A stretch of 64,000 bases of DNA from assembly GCA_023665365.1 (NCBI GenBank), contig JAMPEA010000006.1, positions 5,336-69,335 of the forward strand, written 5' to 3'. The DNA is from Bacillota bacterium. Its GTDB lineage: Bacteria > Bacillota > Clostridia > Christensenellales > CAG-917. This document shows, piece by piece, positions 59,002-64,000 of this stretch. The notes beneath the pieces are model-generated. The model ran no database searches. It was not told the origin of the DNA and worked only from the letters and a program-made list of their open reading frames with translations. Position numbers and translations under genes: made by a program. Numbering within the stretch: position 1 is the first letter of the stretch; every line of letters starts with the position of its first letter.

Positions 59002-59227
59002 ATTTCCACCTTACAGTATACGGGCACACGCGCGCCATACGCGCATATGTGTATATATACTAATACACAATTATATTACAATACTCCAAATAAATTGTCA
59101 ACAGCGATATTGCCGCCAAATTTTGGGCAATCGCAAAATCGGCAATCTAAACGCCTGTTTTTAATATAATTCGCCAATAAAATTTTAAAAATAACTAAAA
59201 AATCACCGTGTTTTCAGCATAAATCAA

Positions 59228-59252
59228 CCCCGCAAACTTGACGTTTGCGGGG
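59228..59252 (-). terminator. Hairpin downstream of the ATPase gene
   Basis: CCCCGCAAAC-TTGAC-GTTTGCGGGG. Confidence 0.6.
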
Positions 59253-59301
59253 CGCAGTCTGTCCTATTTTGCCTATTTAGGCGATAGCTTTCGCTTATAA
59301 A

Positions 59302-60312
59302 TCAGCCGAATATGATTTGTCTTATTTCCCCGTAAATCCTGTCGTTGTTGTCGAAGTCCATCGCGGATATAAAGTATTTTTCCATACCCAGATGGCGCTC
59401 CCTCGCGTTTTCGAGCTGTTCCTCGCAAAAAGCGATTTGAGTTATGACGCCGTTCTTTTCCTCCTCGATTGCCGCGTTCGGCAAAGCGCCCTCGTACACT
59501 CTGAGATTGACGTTTTCGCTCACCTCGTTTTTTAAGTGTCCCGCGTCCGCGACTATTGCGACCGAGCCGTGCACCAATCCGTCAATCACGTTCGGGTCAA
59601 GCGGATTGAGTATCACCGTGCCGCCCTCCGTGTGTCCCGCAAGCTCGTCGAAAAATATTTTTTTCGCCGCCGCGCTTCCGTCCACCTTGAATATGGTTTT
59701 GCCCCTCAAATGGTCGTAGTATACGTTTTCGCCCTTGGGACAGATTGCGTGCGTAAACACCTTTCTCCTTGCGAGTACGTCCTTGCACTTAGCGCGCAAA
59801 TCCGACGCAAGCACCGCCGCGTAAGCTCTGACATTTTCGACTTTCAAGCCCTGCATTTCAAGTTGTATTTGATTGTTAAAATGGCACAAAGCCGACTTTA
59901 AGTGCTGATATGCGCGCATAAAGTACCATTTTTTGTCTTTTGTCAACTTTTCGATGACCTCTTTATGCTCTTTGAGTTTCGCGTGGGAAAGGCTGCTTGC
60001 AAGGTCGTACAAAAAGTCCTTTATCTTCGGCAAATCCGCGCCCGACGCGTGCGGAGCGGTCGCGTCTACGATAGCCGTATCGAGCTGTTTGACGTAAACT
60101 CCGTCAAGGCTCGCGGGGTCGCCCGAGCAGTACCAAAGTTCGTAGTCCAGCCCTCTGCTCTTTGCCTCCGCCGCCACCTTTTTGAGTATGGACGATTTGC
60201 CCGTCCCCGGTCCGCCCTTTAACAGAACAACTTTGTTTTTATTTCTCAACTCCTCGTCGTAGTTGCCGAAAAATCCGTATGCGGTATTGTTTCCAAGAAA
60301 GTATCTTTCCAT
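59302..60312 (-). CDS. Uncharacterised P-loop ATPase (PRK06851-like)
   Basis: YFLGNNTAYGF, LKGGPGTGKS, CSGDPASLDGV, DATAPH and H..MEKYF..AMDF motifs. Confidence 0.8.
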   Translation of the reverse strand: MERYFLGNNTAYGFFGNYDEELRNKNKVVLLKGGPGTGKSSILKKVAAEAKSRGLDYELWYCSGDPASLDGVYVKQLDTAIVDATAPHASGADLPKIKDFLYDLASSLSHAKLKEHKEVIEKLTKDKKWYFMRAYQHLKSALCHFNNQIQLEMQGLKVENVRAYAAVLASDLRAKCKDVLARRKVFTHAICPKGENVYYDHLRGKTIFKVDGSAAAKKIFFDELAGHTEGGTVILNPLDPNVIDGLVHGSVAIVADAGHLKNEVSENVNLRVYEGALPNAAIEEEKNGVITQIAFCEEQLENARERHLGMEKYFISAMDFDNNDRIYGEIRQIIFG

Positions 60313-60326
60313 ATTTCACCTCGCAA

Positions 60327-60410
60327 TATGCTATGACCGCCGCGCGAAAAATTGTGAATGTCTTGCGCGCTCCAAGCCGTAACCTTTGCGGCGCGTATTT
60401 GCATAGCATA
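60327..60410. promoter_or_regulatory. Back-to-back sigma-K/E-like promoters
   Basis: CATAGCATA on the minus strand (60327-60335) and the plus strand (60402-60410), each with an mACm box 17 nt upstream. Confidence 0.45.
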
Positions 60411-60414
60411 CCGT

Positions 60415-61134
60415 ATGGATAACAATAATCTCACTGTGCATCAATCCGACGAAAGAATGTTCTTCCTCGAACGCCTGCTTTTAAAGACGCGCTTCGACGT
60501 TCCCACGCACGTATTCGCGCCCAATATCAACGTTGACGAGGAGACCCTCAAAGGTATAGAGGACGGCGCTCGCATTATCCTCGGCAAATGCACCGACGAG
60601 GCGCGCTCGATTGCCGAAAGCCGCAATATAAAACTGTACAATATAATGAAAGACGAAAAGTTTCAAGCCGTCAACTCCCGTCTGACCGCCGAGGGCGCGC
60701 TGATGGTGATGATTGAACACTCCGTAAAATCCATAAGCGACTGCAACGTGCTCGTGCTCGGCTTCGGGCGTATGGGCGCGGCTGTGGCTAAGCTGTTGAG
60801 CCTGCTAAACGTCTCGCTCGATATAGCCACTACGTCGTCGCTACGTCCCGCCTACGCGTTTGCGAATAACGTAGTCCCCATGCGCGATTTCGACTTCTCT
60901 AAATACGATATAATCGTAAACACCGTGCCCCTCGCCGTAGTGAACGACGCGGAGCTTATGTCTATGCAAAAGAACTCCGTCTATATCGACCTTGCCTCCA
61001 AACCCGCAATCAACCTCGAATACGCAAAGTATCTCGGCGTCGATGCAAACATATATCCCGCCCTGCCCGCAAAAACCTGCCCGTACAGCGCGGCTAAGGC
61101 TATGCAGGAGTACATCTCGGAGGTGATAAAATGA
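60415..61134 (+). CDS. spoVFA: Dipicolinate synthase subunit A (compact)
   Basis: NSRLTAEGAL, VLGFGRMG, IIVNTVP, IDLASKP and PALP.K..P motifs; ATGA-coupled to spoVFB. Confidence 0.85.
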   Translation: MDNNNLTVHQSDERMFFLERLLLKTRFDVPTHVFAPNINVDEETLKGIEDGARIILGKCTDEARSIAESRNIKLYNIMKDEKFQAVNSRLTAEGALMVMIEHSVKSISDCNVLVLGFGRMGAAVAKLLSLLNVSLDIATTSSLRPAYAFANNVVPMRDFDFSKYDIIVNTVPLAVVNDAELMSMQKNSVYIDLASKPAINLEYAKYLGVDANIYPALPAKTCPYSAAKAMQEYISEVIK

Positions 61135-61715
61135 CAAAATTAGGACTTTGTATAACCGGCTCGTTCTGCACGTTTAAAAGCATACTCGATGCCGTTGACG
61201 ACCTTATCGCACACGGCTACGACGTTACGCCTATATTCAGCTACAACGTATCAACCCTCGATACGCGCTTTTTCAAGCAAGCGGATTTCGAGCGGATTAT
61301 AGTTGAAAAAACAGGCAAACAGCCCATAAAGACAATCCCCGATGCCGAGCCTCTCGGCACTTCAAAGGCGCTCGACGTTATGCTCGTCGCGCCGTGTACG
61401 GGCAATACGCTTGCCAAAATCGCGCACGGCATAACGGATACTCCCGTGACGCTTGCCGTCAAAGCTCATCTTCGCAACAATCGTCCCGTCGTAATATTCG
61501 TATCCACAAACGACGCGCTCGGCGCAAACGCAAAGAATATCGGATTGCTTCTCAACACAAAAAATATCTATTTCGTGCCCTTCGGACAGGACGCGCCCCT
61601 TAAAAAGCCCAACTCGCTCGTTGCGGACTTTTCCCAAATCGTCCCCACCTTAGCCGAAGCATTGAATGGAAAACAAATACAGCCTGTAATCACCCCATCA
61701 AATGCGGAGGTTTGA
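61131..61715 (+). CDS. spoVFB: Dipicolinate synthase subunit B
   Basis: ITGSFCT, APCTGNTLAK, KAHLRN, STNDAL, FVPFGQD...KPNSL and QIQP motifs. Confidence 0.96.
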   Translation: MTKLGLCITGSFCTFKSILDAVDDLIAHGYDVTPIFSYNVSTLDTRFFKQADFERIIVEKTGKQPIKTIPDAEPLGTSKALDVMLVAPCTGNTLAKIAHGITDTPVTLAVKAHLRNNRPVVIFVSTNDALGANAKNIGLLLNTKNIYFVPFGQDAPLKKPNSLVADFSQIVPTLAEALNGKQIQPVITPSNAEV

Positions 61716-62000
61716 CAGGGACCCCGTAGGGGATGGCTTTTATAATTTATACCATGTTTCCCCTTAAAGAATAAGGGGGCAGGGGGATATGAGGAGTTTT
61801 CAGGCAAGGGGGTTCATAAGGGGGTATAGGGCGGACTCGGAAAACAGCCCTTACCCCCTTAATAACGTGTGGTTACACCTCACTCGACACTGCGTGTCAC
61901 CCTCCCCGTATTTACCCCACAAAACAGGGACGTTTTGCGGGGCCCCCGAATGGGAGGGCTTTTCTGGATTGCCGCTTCGTTTCACTCCTCGCAATGACGA
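61691..62000 (+). repeat. Left arm of a composite inverted repeat (families B-E-D-C)
   Basis: Same module order, reverse-complemented, at 63441-63708; carries an extra family B insert at 61914-61950. Confidence 0.8.
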
Positions 62001-62032
62001 GTTTCATTCAAGTTGTCTTTGGGTGACGAACG

Positions 62033-63112
62033 TTAGCCGTTATAACCCCAAACAATTTCGGGGTCGTCATCATAGCTGTAACACCAATCATCATCCCAAC
62101 CCGCAGGCTTACTTGCCGCCGCGCAATTTATGGTTGCACTCCTAATTCCGTGATACTCGATTACGGTTATACTTGCAGGAATTGTTATGCTGATAATATC
62201 ATCATTATCAATAGCATACTCGTTGATTTTGATTACGGGCTTACCGTTGTATTCGCTCGGGATAACAACGTTTCTACCCTCCTCCGTTTTGAAATGATAA
62301 CCGTCAACAGCATATCCGCCGTCTATTTCTTCAAATATAAATCCTTCCTTGGTATTTAAATACATATAAACACCGTCATCTTCGTCACGGATATAGCTGT
62401 CAGAAGTATATATTCCTCTTTCTATCTCGTCTCTACACGACTGTAATAAATTATCGGCATCTGCTACATATGTCTGATTTCCATACATATATTCTTCAAC
62501 ACAATTACCCACACTCTGACGAGAAAGCATACTAAAAACAATTCCGCGACTATTAGATGACATAAGTTCGACCATTATGTATTGAGCATTTTTCGGCGCT
62601 TCTAACTTCAAGTTTGATTTGATAAAGTTTAATGCGTTTTTAGACAGCACATTCGACGGAATGGTAGACTTCTTTATCGCGTCATACATTCCCGCTCCCG
62701 ATTGCTTAATCATTATGTTTTCGTCAAATATATATTCAAATTCTCCATCATTGTCATCATGATATTTTTCATAAAATGAAGATGCCTTTTCAGAAGTTTC
62801 AAAAAAGCACAGCGAACATTCTACTTCATCTTCATAATCTATATCGCTTAACAAAACATTAACGAAACCTATCATCTCTCCATCGTATTCAGCATCATTA
62901 TTTTTGTTATACATAGCACACCTAAGTTCTATTTCCGTATAAGAGGTATCATGTGTCAGAACGTAGCCGATTAGATTTTCTACGAGCGGGTCAATGGTAG
63001 GCGAGTCGTCGTTGCCGTCGTTATCTTTATCGCCGCAAGCGACAAACGTAAAGAGGCTGAAAATCAGCACAAGGCATAAGATAATTGCTACAAGTGATTT
63101 TTTGTGTTTCAT
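62033..63112 (-). CDS. AT-rich lipoprotein with a short C-terminal BspA-like LRR cap
   Basis: Lipobox FVAC; VVIPSEYNGKPVIKI, ITIPASITVI and SKPAGWDDDW...IVW. Confidence 0.82.
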   Translation of the reverse strand: MKHKKSLVAIILCLVLIFSLFTFVACGDKDNDGNDDSPTIDPLVENLIGYVLTHDTSYTEIELRCAMYNKNNDAEYDGEMIGFVNVLLSDIDYEDEVECSLCFFETSEKASSFYEKYHDDNDGEFEYIFDENIMIKQSGAGMYDAIKKSTIPSNVLSKNALNFIKSNLKLEAPKNAQYIMVELMSSNSRGIVFSMLSRQSVGNCVEEYMYGNQTYVADADNLLQSCRDEIERGIYTSDSYIRDEDDGVYMYLNTKEGFIFEEIDGGYAVDGYHFKTEEGRNVVIPSEYNGKPVIKINEYAIDNDDIISITIPASITVIEYHGIRSATINCAAASKPAGWDDDWCYSYDDDPEIVWGYNG

Positions 63113-63148
63113 AAAGTTTTTTCTCCTTTATATTTTTTTTGATATACG

Positions 63149-63385
63149 AAAAAGCGGTGACCCCGACGGAATCACCACTGTCTTGGATACGCCCCACTGT
63201 ATTCCCATAAAATGTCACTATTTTATGAGTAATTGTTGCGGAGCGGAGATTCTTATATAACAAGTGCGCTCCGCGAGTTCACCACAAACTTCATGAATTA
63301 AAATCAAAATCCACTTATACGGAAAACACACTTGTTACCTTATGGTAAAAGCAGACCTTGATTTTAATATGAATGTTTGTGGTAA
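63149..63385 (-). ncRNA. Structured 5' leader (candidate riboswitch, attenuator or sRNA)
   Basis: Long hairpin 63279-63385 and hairpin 63238-63274 with complementary loops (TAACAAGTG / CACTTGTTA); terminator 63149-63179 before the AAGGAG RBS. Confidence 0.55.
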
Positions 63386-63389
63386 GCCC

Positions 63390-63418
63390 ATAGTAGCACA
63401 ATACAAGGACATTTGCAA
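63390..63418 (-). promoter_or_regulatory. Sigma-A promoter of the leader and lipoprotein
   Basis: TTGCAA, 17 bp ending TGC, TACTAT (extended -10). Confidence 0.7.
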
Positions 63419-63440
63419 GCGACTTTTAACGTTTCCCCGC

Positions 63441-63708
63441 CGTCATTGCGAGGAACGAGCAATTCGGAACGTCACTCCTGTCGAGGAGGCGTGACACACA
63501 GTGTCGGGTGTGATATAACCACGTTATTAAGGGGGTAAGGGCTGTTTTCCGAGTCCGCACTATACCCCCTTATGAACCCCCTTACCGAAAACTCCTCATA
63601 TCCCCCTACCCCCTTATTCTTTAATGGGGAATTAGCGGTAATATTTTCAACCGCATATACGCCCGCAGGGGCGTAGGGTCCCCATCAAACCTCCGCGTTT
63701 GATGGGGC
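63441..63708 (-). repeat. Right arm of the composite inverted repeat (C-D-E-B on the plus strand)
   Basis: Reverse complement aligns to 61691-62000; the E block is near-identical over ~100 nt. Confidence 0.8.
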
Positions 63709-63710
63709 GT

Positions 63711-63851
63711 AACACCAAGCAAAAGATTTTTGCGTAATGTTTGTAAAACCTTAGCGAAAATGTTTTGCGCGGTAGAAACTCGAAAATGCTCGTGGCATCT
63801 TCGTGCTTTTCAAAAAGAAAAGCACGTCATGCCGACGTGCATTTTCGAGTT
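63711..63851 (+). repeat. Family G repeat plus long hairpin ending in a stop codon
   Basis: Matches 6041-6107; hairpin AACTCGAAAATGC...GCATTTTCGAGTT (63777-63851). Confidence 0.75.
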
Positions 63852-63999
63852 ATCTTGCATCTTTCACGCCTTGCTCCGTGCCGGCGTAAACAATCTTTTC
63901 ATATCTGTGAACTGCGGGCGTAAGCAGGGTCATTGTTTTAAACGACTCCTCTGCTTCCTTTGCCGCGTCAAGCGTCTCATACCAAATTACCGCAACGTA
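63850..63999 (-). CDS. 3' end of a gene entering from the right (probably a small lipoprotein-type hypothetical)
   Basis: Own translation: YVAVIWYETLDAAKEAEESFKTMTLLTPAVHRYEKIVYAGTEQGVKDAR-stop; open to the window edge. Confidence 0.65.
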   Translation of the reverse strand, partial: YVAVIWYETLDAAKEAEESFKTMTLLTPAVHRYEKIVYAGTEQGVKDAR

Positions 64000-64000
64000 A

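Overview
Chromosomal window from a spore-forming, Clostridia-type Bacillota genome (inferred from gene content). Left to right: a type II-A CRISPR-Cas operon (first codons of csn2, cas2, cas1, an intact cas9, and a divergent tracrRNA; the array is not in the window); rpiB coupled to a complete Na+-type V/A-ATPase operon (ntpFIKECGABD); a 3606-aa MBG/YDG-repeat surface protein; an AAA/DUF4143 ATPase; GTP-PEPCK; a DUF4364 protein; a nitroreductase; a full aro/phe/tyr operon; a two-subunit fumarase and malic enzyme; a small XRE switch; housekeeping and membrane genes; asd-dapA; a 1968-aa BspA-like LRR lipoprotein; dipicolinate synthase A/B; and lipoproteins. The most unusual signal is non-coding. 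Intergenic regions hold at least seven families of hairpin repeats, often nested in one another. Family A is a ~130-150 nt covarying rod hairpin that starts at or just after a stop codon, always in the same orientation to its gene, and is trailed by arrays of truncated arms. These arms share a locus-specific outer stem but carry inner cores shared between loci, which looks like a record of repeated insertion at one site. Family F is a two-copy ~380-420 nt structured element with covarying stems and a terminator-like end. A ~270-310 bp inverted repeat brackets an AT-rich lipoprotein gene whose leader has a predicted kissing-loop pseudoknot and terminator. No mobilising enzyme for these elements is visible in the window. 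All family and product calls come from motif reading; no database search was run.
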